Source: Thermovirgaceae bacterium
GTDB lineage: Bacteria > Synergistota > Synergistia > Synergistales > Thermovirgaceae
Assembly (NCBI GenBank): GCA_040770625.1
Contig: JAXGIW010000001.1
Span: 435,263-499,262, forward strand
Direction of reading: 5' to 3'
DNA: 64,000 bases
The notes beneath the pieces were generated by a model. It was not told the origin of the DNA and did no database searches. It saw nothing but the letters and a program-made list of their open reading frames with translations. How positions within the stretch are numbered: the first letter of the stretch is position 1; each line of letters begins with the position of its first letter. This document shows, piece by piece, positions 17,242 through 26,068 of this stretch. The translations under genes and the position numbers were made by a program.

Positions 17242-20200
17242 TCACTCGTTCCCCGGGAGGATGTTCCTCAGAAGCTGTTCTATGACCTGTCTCTTGATAT
17301 CTTCCCCGGTATCTGGGGGGGTTCCGGAGCCTTCGCCGGTGGGGATGCTTATGGTCACCTTGTGCTGGGTCCCGTTCTGCTGGGTTTGGCCTACTCCGTC
17401 TGATTCCGGCAGGGGTTGTACCGCTCCCTGAGCGGGGGCGATCCTGAAGCTGTGGAATGATGGATTGGACCAGGTCCCACCGATACGGAAGTTCGTGTCA
17501 CGAAAGTCCTGTCTTCCGAGCCCACCCACCACTCCGCCTATGAGGCCCTCAAGAAGGGCCTCGGGGGAGGCCGAACCGGCCGTGGCGAGACCCTGTATGG
17601 CGCCGAGAAGGGTGTTAAGGGCCTGAACGTTGACAAGCCCCGAGCAGTAGAGGTTCAGGTTGCCCCCCGGTCCTGCAGGTCCGTCCACGTTAAGGTACCG
17701 GTAAAGAGGGTCGTCCACGTAGGCTGTGGCACGACTGCCGGGCAGAAGGGTCACGACGTTCCCGTCGATTTTGAAGTTGGCGTCGATCATCCTGTAGCGA
17801 ATAGAGGACATCCCGTAGGCGGAGGAGATCGACTTGAGGGCGTTGAAGCCCGATATCTCCCCTTCTGTGGCCGAGAGGTTGCCCCTTCCCGTCACGAGGA
17901 CGTGCCTCCCGAAGGCTCCAGACAGGGACAGATCCAGGTCGCCCTTTCCGGAGATGCTGCCATCCAGGTCGGTGACGGCCCTTACCGTCTGGTCAATGTC
18001 GGCGCCCCTGACGGCTGCCCTGATGTTCCACCTGCCTGTTGCAGTCTCGATGGAGCCTTCGGCATTGATAGTCCCTCCGTAGAACTTCCCGACGGCGTTC
18101 TCGGTTCTGATGCTCTCCTCCTCCAGGACCACCGGGAGGGACGCATCGTCGAAGTCAATGCCGAAGGCGGTCATCCTTTCTGAGAAGATCTCCCCCCTGC
18201 CGTTCCATCTTCCGTCTTTCATGGAGCCCGAAAGGGAGACGTCCAGAGTGCCCGACAGATCCGGGGGGCCGTTACTTTTGACCTCTTTGGTAATCCGGGC
18301 CAGGTCAAGACCTGATCCTTCCATGGAAAAGTCCATATCCAGACCACCCGGACCAAACAGGGCCGTCCCTTTTGCAGTGAGGACTCCCTCGCCAGCGGAT
18401 CCTTTCAGCTCCTCCAGGGTCATCTCCGAGCCATTGCCCCTGACGCGGAAAGAAATGTCCGACAGGTTCAGGCCAGCGAGTACGATGGATGGTGACTGCC
18501 CGGAAATTGCCAGCTCCGGGCCGGGGAGGTCGCCCTTGATGGTGAAACTGGCCTCTACGGGCCCCTTGACGTTAAAGGGAATCCTGTTGCCCAGAACGGA
18601 GAGGTCCACGCCTGAAGCGGTCCCCTTGAGGTCGGTTCTGCCCGGTCTGTTGGACGAGGGGAGCCTTGCCGTTCCGGTGACGGAGATACGGGCTCCCAGG
18701 ATCTCTCCCTGGGCGTTCTCGATGTTCACCGTTCCGGAGGCCACGGTGAAAGCCGTCCTCAGGTTCGAGAGGGTCCCGCCGTTGAACTGGAGCCTCTCGG
18801 CAGCCATGTCGAGTCGCATGTCGGGAGTCTCGCTGGCCAGAGGCAGGGCCACTTTTGTAAGTATCTTCATATCGGTCAGGCTGGCCTTTTCGGGAACGTC
18901 GACGCGGGGCGAGCGGATCTCAAGGGCCAGCGTGGGAGTTTTTACAGGTCCTTTAAGGTTCCACTCTGCCGAGACCCTGCCCTCAAGCCCCAGTTCTTTC
19001 AAGGCCGGGACGAAACCGGCCACGGAAGATACGGGTCCCTCCTGCAGGGTCCCCGCGAGGTCGAAGGTTCCCTTTTCCTTTACCAGGCCGGTGATCCTTC
19101 CGGACCCGGCAACCCTGGACCCCCTCCACAGGGCGCTAATGGAGTTGATAGTGATGTTCCCTTCCGAGTAAGCGAAACTGATCTCGGGCCTTTCGATGGT
19201 CTCGCCCGCAGCGTTGATCCTGGCGGAATTGATGGTCCCCCCGGAGCGTATCTCCTGACCCGCACCGAAGATCCGGACCGAGCCGGCGGCTTTCCCCGAA
19301 AGGGCAAGGTTCTCGACGGGAATGACCGACGATGCCCTTGACAGGTCCAGGTCGTTACCGGAAAGGGTGAGGTCAAAGACAGGCCTTTGCCCGATTGTGA
19401 TGTCCCCTTTTCCGGTCACTGGAGAACCCAGCCAGTGAGCCTTAAGGTCCAGGCCAATTGTTGAACTTTTCTCGAGCTGGAGAGTGCCGTCGATCTCCGA
19501 AAGGGGTTGCCCCGCCAGGGTAAAATCGGGTGTGCTTATATTTATGGTCCCAGAGAGAGCGTTGGAGGGTCCCTGAAGCCTGATCTCCATGGAGTCGATG
19601 GTCCCATCGGCAAGGGAGAGCCATGAGAAGGATCTCCTCCAGGACTTCGCTTCGGCCTCCCGGGCGGTGATATCAATGGTGGTGACCGGTGGCATTGCAC
19701 TGAATACGAACTGAAGTTTCCCTGATACTGCCGTCCTGTTGGCTTTTCCCCTGATCTCCCCTATCTCCAGGGCTCTTCCTGAGAAGGACCAGGGGGAGGA
19801 GATGCCTTCCATCTCTATGCCGTAGACCTCGCCCTGGGGGATGTCGAGGTCCCCTTTGACTGCGACCTCGGGCCAGGCGCCCCTGGCTGAAAAAGAGGTT
19901 GTAAGGTTTCCGGAGTAGCCCTGTTTCGCCAGATCCGGCCAGAACCTCTCCAGGATCTTGATATCCAGATCAGATACGACGCCCGTCAGGTCTGCCACCG
20001 GGAGGATCCTCCCTGAAACGGTCAGAGCACCACCGGTGGTCCTGATCGACATATCCCTGAGATCGAGCCGTTCTCCGGCCATCTCAAGCTCCGCCTTCAG
20101 AGAGAATGTGGTCTCCCTGAAAACGAGTGACCCCGATGCATCAATTACACCTTCCCGGAGGATAACTCTTCCCTCTTCTACCTTAATGTCCCCCGCAGGG

Positions 20201-20634
20201 GTCCTGACGATGCTTCTGTGGACACGGAACATGTCGAAGGGCAGGGATACTGTTCCTGGAGTACCCTCCTTGAACAGGAGGGGGAACACTTGCGGCCATT
20301 CGAGCAACGCCCCGCCGAAGGAGATGGATCTGATCCTCGGAGAGCCTGTCAGCAGAGAGAGAGGCTTGAAGGATATGGCCACCTCAGGGGCTGAGAAGAG
20401 GAGCCGCTCGTCACGCCTGATAGAGAGGTCCCTGATCCTGAAACCCCTGAAGGGGTTTCCCGAAATCGAGGAGAGAGAAAGGTCGGCCTGGAGATGCTGT
20501 ACGGCGGCCTTCTCCAGTTCTGAAGCAACGGTCCCTGCCCCGATATCGCTTCTGGAAGCGAGTAAAAGGGCTGTACCGACTGCCAGCGAGAGCAGTATCA
20601 ACAGGATCAGCAGAGCTTTCCAGTATTTTCCCAT
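17242..20634 (-). CDS. TamB/AsmA-like translocation and assembly module protein
   Basis: About 1130 aa. Single N-terminal TM (YWKALLILLILLSLAVGTALLLA), then a long repetitive beta-rich body. Recognised by architecture, not by a sharp motif. Confidence 0.6.
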   Translation of the reverse strand: MGKYWKALLILLILLSLAVGTALLLASRSDIGAGTVASELEKAAVQHLQADLSLSSISGNPFRGFRIRDLSIRRDERLLFSAPEVAISFKPLSLLTGSPRIRSISFGGALLEWPQVFPLLFKEGTPGTVSLPFDMFRVHRSIVRTPAGDIKVEEGRVILREGVIDASGSLVFRETTFSLKAELEMAGERLDLRDMSIRTTGGALTVSGRILPVADLTGVVSDLDIKILERFWPDLAKQGYSGNLTTSFSARGAWPEVAVKGDLDIPQGEVYGIEMEGISSPWSFSGRALEIGEIRGKANRTAVSGKLQFVFSAMPPVTTIDITAREAEAKSWRRSFSWLSLADGTIDSMEIRLQGPSNALSGTINISTPDFTLAGQPLSEIDGTLQLEKSSTIGLDLKAHWLGSPVTGKGDITIGQRPVFDLTLSGNDLDLSRASSVIPVENLALSGKAAGSVRIFGAGQEIRSGGTINSARINAAGETIERPEISFAYSEGNITINSISALWRGSRVAGSGRITGLVKEKGTFDLAGTLQEGPVSSVAGFVPALKELGLEGRVSAEWNLKGPVKTPTLALEIRSPRVDVPEKASLTDMKILTKVALPLASETPDMRLDMAAERLQFNGGTLSNLRTAFTVASGTVNIENAQGEILGARISVTGTARLPSSNRPGRTDLKGTASGVDLSVLGNRIPFNVKGPVEASFTIKGDLPGPELAISGQSPSIVLAGLNLSDISFRVRGNGSEMTLEELKGSAGEGVLTAKGTALFGPGGLDMDFSMEGSGLDLARITKEVKSNGPPDLSGTLDVSLSGSMKDGRWNGRGEIFSERMTAFGIDFDDASLPVVLEEESIRTENAVGKFYGGTINAEGSIETATGRWNIRAAVRGADIDQTVRAVTDLDGSISGKGDLDLSLSGAFGRHVLVTGRGNLSATEGEISGFNALKSISSAYGMSSIRYRMIDANFKIDGNVVTLLPGSRATAYVDDPLYRYLNVDGPAGPGGNLNLYCSGLVNVQALNTLLGAIQGLATAGSASPEALLEGLIGGVVGGLGRQDFRDTNFRIGGTWSNPSFHSFRIAPAQGAVQPLPESDGVGQTQQNGTQHKVTISIPTGEGSGTPPDTGEDIKRQVIEQLLRNILPGNE

Positions 20635-20815
20635 AGAGCTTACCCCCCGAGAGGACCTTGCAGGACACCTAATAATAAGTACGGAACGGAAAAGAATCAA
20701 TCGGACAAACTACGGAAAACTGTGAAGGGGTTTTTGGAACTTGATTATACCAGACCGTCTCGGCCCTTCAGGTTCAAGGTTGTATGCGCAAGGGCAGCTC
20801 CGGGGGGGTATTTCC

Positions 20816-20887
20816 TGTGGAGTTTTGTCAAGAAGTGCCAAAATGACCGGAAAGGGGGTGTGGAGATGTGGACAAACCTGTGGATAA
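20816..20887 (-). promoter_or_regulatory. cluster of four co-oriented DnaA-box-like 9-mers
   Basis: TGTGGAGTT (20816-20824), TGTGGAGAT (20859-20867), TGTGGACAA (20867-20875), and TGTGGATAA (20879-20887), a perfect reverse complement of TTATCCACA. Confidence 0.55.
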
Positions 20888-20894
20888 GTTTGGA

Positions 20895-21668
20895 TCAGTA
20901 GAAGGATAAGATCTGGGTCCGGTCACTCAGGATAACTTCGGGTCCATTAAATCCCGGTATGACCTTCCCTGTTACGATCAGGGTCCTGCCGGCCAGATCT
21001 TCAATGGAGCCGAATTGACCGGTATCACTCTTATGAATTATCAGAGTGGTATAGCCTTTATCAGGACGTAGCGTGTAGCGGGTCCTGGAAGAGGAAATGC
21101 TATCCACCTTGAACCGTATGTTGATAAAACGCCCCGCCAGCGAGGGTAATTCCGCCCATACCTGGGTTGGAGTGAACAGCCTTCCACGAGCCTTTTCCCA
21201 GAGGCCTCTCCCGGAGGACCTGGCACTGGCGAAGGCCTCCCTGAAAAGGTCTGTGTAGCGCAGATTTGGGGGGATAGCGTAAGGGACTGCCAGGCCGCTT
21301 GATACCAGCAGTTCGTTGGCCATGAAGCTTCCCTCGTCGCTCTCTACCCAGACATAGGCAAGGGTCCTTCCGTAGCGGTCTTTCTTCTGCAGGTCAAGCT
21401 CGAGAAGGACCCTTCTTCCGAGCACCAGCGATCTGTTGAAACGGGACGCCTCCCGACCCAGCTCTTCCACCCTCCGGCGGGGGTGAGAGGTCTCGGGGCA
21501 GTCTATGCCGATATATCTCACCTGCTCCACCTTCCCGTCGGAAGTCTCAACGGTCACGGTATCCCCGTCGACGACCTCGACCACACGACCCCAAAGAGCA
21601 GTCCCCGCCCCGGCCTGCAGAGGCGAGAAAAGGATCAGAAGACAGCAGAGAGCGGCAAGACTTTTCAT
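20895..21668 (-). CDS. secreted thermonuclease (SNase) family nuclease with C-terminal extra domain
   Basis: Signal-like N-terminus. SNase blocks VVDGDTV...VRYIGIDCPE...DRYGRTLAYVW. About 100 aa of unassigned C-terminal sequence. Confidence 0.8.
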   Translation of the reverse strand: MKSLAALCCLLILFSPLQAGAGTALWGRVVEVVDGDTVTVETSDGKVEQVRYIGIDCPETSHPRRRVEELGREASRFNRSLVLGRRVLLELDLQKKDRYGRTLAYVWVESDEGSFMANELLVSSGLAVPYAIPPNLRYTDLFREAFASARSSGRGLWEKARGRLFTPTQVWAELPSLAGRFINIRFKVDSISSSRTRYTLRPDKGYTTLIIHKSDTGQFGSIEDLAGRTLIVTGKVIPGFNGPEVILSDRTQILSFY

Positions 21669-22090
21669 TTATTTTCAGGACAGAATCTTGGAGGCTCTCC
21701 CTTCACAAGGACCTTTCTTTCGAAGGTCAGTCCCTCCGGTACCAGGAACACCATCTCGCAGGTGTTGTTGACAGTCCCTCCGAAGAGGTGGCCTCCGATG
21801 ACCGACATGTTCCTCCCCGACAGGGAGGCGTGGGCATGGATGAATGCCTTCCCGTCGCTCTTTTTGTTGACCGTACCCGATATGGAAAGTATCTCATGGG
21901 GGTCTGAGAACTGATGTTTCTCGTATCCATCGGGGCCAAGCCAGCCTATCTCGATATCGCGGAGCATCCCTATCGCGGAAATGATGACCGCCGAGGTGGT
22001 GTCGCCAAGAGCTTCAAGAAGGGAGGGGATGAGGTCCTCCCCCTCGTCCAGTCGTAACGCTATAAGGTTCTTCCCTCTTTTTACTGGCAA
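21665..22090 (-). CDS. PPC (DUF296) domain protein
   Basis: Pattern ...SAIGMLRDIEIGW...HAHASLSG...VIGGHL..GTV.NTCE typical of PPC/DUF296 proteins (recognised from memory). Confidence 0.6.
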   Translation of the reverse strand: MPVKRGKNLIALRLDEGEDLIPSLLEALGDTTSAVIISAIGMLRDIEIGWLGPDGYEKHQFSDPHEILSISGTVNKKSDGKAFIHAHASLSGRNMSVIGGHLFGGTVNNTCEMVFLVPEGLTFERKVLVKGEPPRFCPENK

Positions 22091-22241
22091 TTCGATCCCT
22101 CCCAGGCAGTAGATGAAGGGGGCAACCCCTCTATAAGTCTATCACCGAAATCCCGGTCCGAACCCCTATGTTTTCGGGTATGATAATAAAATAGAAAAGG
22201 ACCGTCGATCTCTTCGAACTCCGGGAAGGATGGAATAATAC

Positions 22242-22943
22242 TTGCCAGAGCCGTTTCCCGAGCAGAGGCTCTCAACTGAAGGACTTCTGGTTGAAATGGA
22301 GAAGAACAGGGAAGGGCTTGAGAGGTACGCCCTTCTTCTTGCTTCCTTCAACGAGAGAGCAAGGCTCACAGGTCCCAGAGACCCATCGGAGATATTGGGG
22401 CATATCAGGGACTGCGCCGTATCTCTGGTCTTTGCGCCGGACATCGGCACCGTTGTAGATATCGGGACGGGTGGAGGTCTTCCGGGTATCGTATGGGCCC
22501 TTTGCAGGTCGAACCTGAAGATCACCCTCCTTGAAAGCGTGGGGAAAAAGTGCGCTATCCTTGAGGAGATGGCCGGTATGCTCAGTCTGGTCAACGTCGA
22601 CGTGGTCTGTTCAAGATCGGAGGCCCTCTCCCTGGAGCGCAGGGAGAGATACCAAATAGCCCTCTCAAGGGCCGTAGGCCACCTGGGCGTCGTCGCCGAG
22701 TACGCTTCTCCCCTGCTGGCGGTAGGCGGATCGGCGTGTCTTTTCAAGGGGCCCAGGGTCCTGCAAGAGCTTAGGGAGATAGGGGATAGATGGGCCACTC
22801 TCGGCTTTGACGACCCCGTGATCCACCCTTACGATCTTGACGGGAAGAGTCCTTGCCTTGTGAGACTGCAGAAGACCGGTCCGTGCCCGGCGAGGTTCCC
22901 GAGAAATCCCGGCAAGGCCAACAAGAGCGCCTGGTGGAGGTGA
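22242..22943 (+). CDS. rsmG: 16S rRNA (guanine527-N7)-methyltransferase RsmG (GidB)
   Basis: SAM motif VVDIGTGGGLPGI. Position immediately upstream of parAB. TTG start assumed. Confidence 0.85.
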   Translation: MPEPFPEQRLSTEGLLVEMEKNREGLERYALLLASFNERARLTGPRDPSEILGHIRDCAVSLVFAPDIGTVVDIGTGGGLPGIVWALCRSNLKITLLESVGKKCAILEEMAGMLSLVNVDVVCSRSEALSLERRERYQIALSRAVGHLGVVAEYASPLLAVGGSACLFKGPRVLQELREIGDRWATLGFDDPVIHPYDLDGKSPCLVRLQKTGPCPARFPRNPGKANKSAWWR

Positions 22944-22948
22944 AGTTA

Positions 22949-23719
22949 TTGAAAACAGTTGCAGTTGCGAACCAGAAGGGAGGCGTCGGCAAGACCACCT
23001 GCTGTGTGAACCTGGCCGCTGAACTGGGCAGACAGGGCAAGAAGGTTCTTGTTCTTGACATCGACCCCCAGGGCAACAGCACAAGCGGGCTGGGTGTTGA
23101 CGTAGCCAATATCAAGAACAGCATGTATCACGTCATCCTTGACGAGGTCTCCCCCACCAATGCGATCATCCAGTCGTCCTGGGAGGGGGTCTGGGTCCTT
23201 CCAGCCACCCTTGACCTTGCCGGATCGGAAGTTGAGCTCGCCGGGGTCATGAGCCGGGAGACAAGGCTCGCGAGGCACATGAACGCCATGAAGGACTTCG
23301 ACATAGGCTTTATCGACTGCCCTCCCTCCCTGGGGCTTCTTACCGTCAACGCCCTGGTCGCTTCCGACAGCCTTATGGTGCCGATCCAGTGCGAATACTA
23401 CGCCCTGGAAGGCGTGGGGCAGCTCATGCGGACCGTCTCGCTGGTGCAGAGATACCTTAACGAGAACCTCAAGCTTGACGGTGTGGTGCTGACCATGTTC
23501 GACACCAGGACCAACCTGTCCAGGGAAGTTGCTGACGAGGTGAAGAACCAGTTCAAAGAGGCCGTGTTCGAGACCATAATCCCAAGGAACGTAAGGCTTT
23601 CCGAAGCCCCAAGCTATGGGAAGCCTATCTGCTACTACGATCAGGGAAGCGCAGGCGCTGCAGCGTTCAGGAACCTTGCCGAGGAGGTGCAGGACCGATG
23701 GCTCGCCCAAGGGCACTAG
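22949..23719 (+). CDS. parA: chromosome partitioning ATPase ParA/Soj
   Basis: Deviant Walker A VANQKGGVGKTT. TTG at 22949 lies 8 nt after GGAGG. The upstream part of the listed ORF overlaps rsmG. Confidence 0.9.
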   Translation: MKTVAVANQKGGVGKTTCCVNLAAELGRQGKKVLVLDIDPQGNSTSGLGVDVANIKNSMYHVILDEVSPTNAIIQSSWEGVWVLPATLDLAGSEVELAGVMSRETRLARHMNAMKDFDIGFIDCPPSLGLLTVNALVASDSLMVPIQCEYYALEGVGQLMRTVSLVQRYLNENLKLDGVVLTMFDTRTNLSREVADEVKNQFKEAVFETIIPRNVRLSEAPSYGKPICYYDQGSAGAAAFRNLAEEVQDRWLAQGH

Positions 23720-24585
23720 GGAAAGGTCTCGGAGCTCTCATTCCCGGAGCCGGGGCAGATCCCATCCCCGTTGCGGGGGCGCCTGGGGAGGTCCTCCATC
23801 TGCGACTGAGGGACATAAGGCCTTCGCCCAACCAGCCCAGGAAGGATTTTGGCCGGGAGGGGCTGGAGGCCCTTGCCGACTCCATAAGGGAGCACGGCAT
23901 CGTCCAGCCCGTGGTGGTCCGGAAGCTTAACGGCGGCTACGAGATCGTGGCCGGTGAGAGAAGGTGGCGGGCCGCCGAGTTGGCCGGGCTCGAAGAGGTG
24001 CCCGTCCGGGTAATAGATGCGGACGAGAACAGGGTGATGGAGCTTTCCCTGGTGGAGAACCTCCAGAGGGAAGACCTCTCCCCCCTGGAGGCCGCCAGGG
24101 GGATCCGGGAGCTGGTGGAGAAGTTCTCACTCACCCAGGAACAGGCGGCGAAGAAGCTTGGCTGGAGCAGGGTGGCCGTGTCCAACAAGCTCAGGCTCCT
24201 GAACCTTCCCGAGGAGATCCTGGAGATGCTGCACAGGGGAGATCTCAGCGAGGGGCACGCGAGAGCCCTTCTGTCCCTGGAAGACCTTCTGGAGCAGATC
24301 CACCTGGCGAGACAGTGCGTCGACCGCGGCATGTCGGTGCGGGAGGTGGAGGAGGCGGTCCGTAAGCCTTCAAGGGGAAAGGATAACAGGGCAAGGAGGT
24401 CTTCCCAGTCGGTTTTGATCCCAGAGCCTGTTCTCAGGGTCTCGGAGCGTTACGGCATAGACGTAAAGATGAGCGGACGAGGGGACAACGTAAGGGTCAT
24501 GCTGGGCGGATTGAGCGAGGATGAGGCCCGCAGGCTCTTTGAGATGATCGACCGGAGCGGGGAGATACTCTTCCCTGACAAGTGA
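23698..24585 (+). CDS. parB: chromosome partitioning protein ParB/Spo0J
   Basis: N-terminal RALGKGLGALI, ParB box VVVRK...YEIVAGERRWRAA, and HTH region. Confidence 0.9.
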   Translation: MARPRALGKGLGALIPGAGADPIPVAGAPGEVLHLRLRDIRPSPNQPRKDFGREGLEALADSIREHGIVQPVVVRKLNGGYEIVAGERRWRAAELAGLEEVPVRVIDADENRVMELSLVENLQREDLSPLEAARGIRELVEKFSLTQEQAAKKLGWSRVAVSNKLRLLNLPEEILEMLHRGDLSEGHARALLSLEDLLEQIHLARQCVDRGMSVREVEEAVRKPSRGKDNRARRSSQSVLIPEPVLRVSERYGIDVKMSGRGDNVRVMLGGLSEDEARRLFEMIDRSGEILFPDK

Positions 24586-24604
24586 CCCTGCAGGGGGTGA
24601 GTCG

Positions 24605-24829
24605 ATGGCCAGGCTCACGGAAGATCTAGGGGCATTCACGAGGGTACTCTCCTCGGCTTTACTCCTGTGCGGATTCATCATCTTTGGTGTGGTTGGCGGA
24701 AGGGCCCTGGTCTTGCGGGGATACCCCGGGTGGACCCTCCCGGCCGCCATTATTGCCGGAACGGCCTTCGGGGCATGGCAGGCCTGGTCTTTCCTGAAGA
24801 CGGGGATGAAGAGGGGCCGTAACTCGTAA
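24605..24829 (+). CDS. small two-TM membrane protein, function unknown
   Basis: 74 aa with two hydrophobic helices and a basic tail. Its last codons run into heptamer repeats (GTAACTC GTAACTT). Confidence 0.4.
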   Translation: MARLTEDLGAFTRVLSSALLLCGFIIFGVVGGRALVLRGYPGWTLPAAIIAGTAFGAWQAWSFLKTGMKRGRNS

Positions 24830-24866
24830 CTTGCCAGATGACAGTTTGCTGTTTACCGTTTACCCC
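24819..24866. repeat. heptad-type intergenic repeat (locus 2)
   Basis: GTAACTC GTAACTT ... CTGTTTACCGTTTACC. The latter is the reverse complement of the GGTAAACGGTAAACAG-type heptads seen at 41.0 and 56.2 kb. Confidence 0.6.
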
Positions 24867-24893
24867 TTTGAATTTTTAACAGCTCCGCCGTCG

Positions 24894-24909
24894 TGTTTCA
24901 CGTGAAACG
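24894..24909. promoter_or_regulatory. parS centromere site (TGTTTCACGTGAAACG)
   Basis: 15/16 match to the perfect palindrome at 17173. Lies 309 nt downstream of the parB stop. Confidence 0.8.
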
Positions 24910-24942
24910 TACATCTCCTCAAACTGGAGAGGGGGGGTTCCT

Positions 24943-25440
24943 TTGGAACAGCTTTATGCGCCCTGGAGGATGGCCTACATTGACTCTGCCGACAAGCAGG
25001 AGGGGTGCATCTTCTGCGATTTCCCCAAGGAGAACAAAGACAGTGAGCGCCTGATACTGGCCAGGGGTAATCTGGTTTTCGTGATACTCAACGCCTTCCC
25101 CTACAACCCGGGACATCTCATGGTGGCCCCTTACAGGCACGAGGGGGACTACGAAAAGTTGAGGGAAGAGGAGTTCCTGGAGATGCACCGTTTCGGGCAG
25201 AGGTGCGTAGCCGTTCTCACCGAGGCCATGAACCCCCAGGGGTTCAACCTGGGGATAAACATCGGGAAGACCGCCGGGGCCGGTTTCGCCGGTCACGTCC
25301 ACCTCCATATTGTCCCAAGATGGAACGGCGATACCAATTTCATGCCCGTGACAGCCGGGACCAAGGTATTGCCCGCCTCTCTCCATGAGACCTGGGACGC
25401 TCTCAAGAAGGTCTGGGAGGCTCATGCCAGGAAGGGATGA
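24943..25440 (+). CDS. HIT family hydrolase (Ap4A phosphorylase-like)
   Basis: Histidine triad HVHLHIVPRW and N-terminal APWRMAYI pattern. TTG start. Confidence 0.8.
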   Translation: MEQLYAPWRMAYIDSADKQEGCIFCDFPKENKDSERLILARGNLVFVILNAFPYNPGHLMVAPYRHEGDYEKLREEEFLEMHRFGQRCVAVLTEAMNPQGFNLGINIGKTAGAGFAGHVHLHIVPRWNGDTNFMPVTAGTKVLPASLHETWDALKKVWEAHARKG

Positions 25441-26050
25441 GTTCTACGAGCCGGCCTCTTCCGCCGAGGTCGAGACCAGGCATAAACGCTCCATTTTCAC
25501 AGGAAGGGTCTTCCGGGCCGATTCCGAGGAGGAGGCCCGTGGCCATATCCGGGAGATATCCAGGCGTTACTCCGATGCGAGCCATAACTGCTGGGCCTAC
25601 AGGGTGGGATTCCCCAACCCCGTGGAGTACTACTCCGATGCCGGAGAGCCCTCGGGGACAGCAGGGAAACCGATCCTGGGAGCGATCCTCAGAGCGGACG
25701 TGGTCAACGCCGTAGTGGTTGTCACCCGTTATTTCGGCGGCACCAAGCTGGGGGTAAGAGGGCTCATCGAGGCCTATGGGGAGAGCGCGACGCTGGCACT
25801 GGAGGCGGCAGGCCGGAAGGGGAGCGTAAGATCAAGAGAGGCCTTCGCGGAGTGTCCCTACGAGCACGCCCAGCTGGTCCTCCGGCAGATGGCGGAGCTC
25901 GGGATACCCGAGGATGCCGTCGAAACCAGGTGGGAAGCCGCCGTGATCCTTTCCGTATCGGTGCCCCTGTCCCTGGAGGACGGCGCAGCTTCTCTCCTCG
26001 GGAACTACACCGAAAGAGGCTTCATCTCCCGTTGGGGATGGAAAAAATAG
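25424..26050 (+). CDS. YigZ / IMPACT family protein (UPF0029)
   Basis: SHNCWAYR, DAGEPSGTAGKPIL and VVVTRYFGGTKLGVRGL blocks. Start uncertain (25385 or 25424). Confidence 0.8.
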   Translation: MPGRDEFYEPASSAEVETRHKRSIFTGRVFRADSEEEARGHIREISRRYSDASHNCWAYRVGFPNPVEYYSDAGEPSGTAGKPILGAILRADVVNAVVVVTRYFGGTKLGVRGLIEAYGESATLALEAAGRKGSVRSREAFAECPYEHAQLVLRQMAELGIPEDAVETRWEAAVILSVSVPLSLEDGAASLLGNYTERGFISRWGWKK

Positions 26051-26068
26051 ACCTGGAGGCGATCGGAA

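Noticed and set aside
20701-20894. This DnaA-box cluster as the true oriC
   Set aside because: There is no AT-rich unwinding element next to it and it is not adjacent to dnaA. It is kept only as a possible auxiliary DnaA-binding locus.
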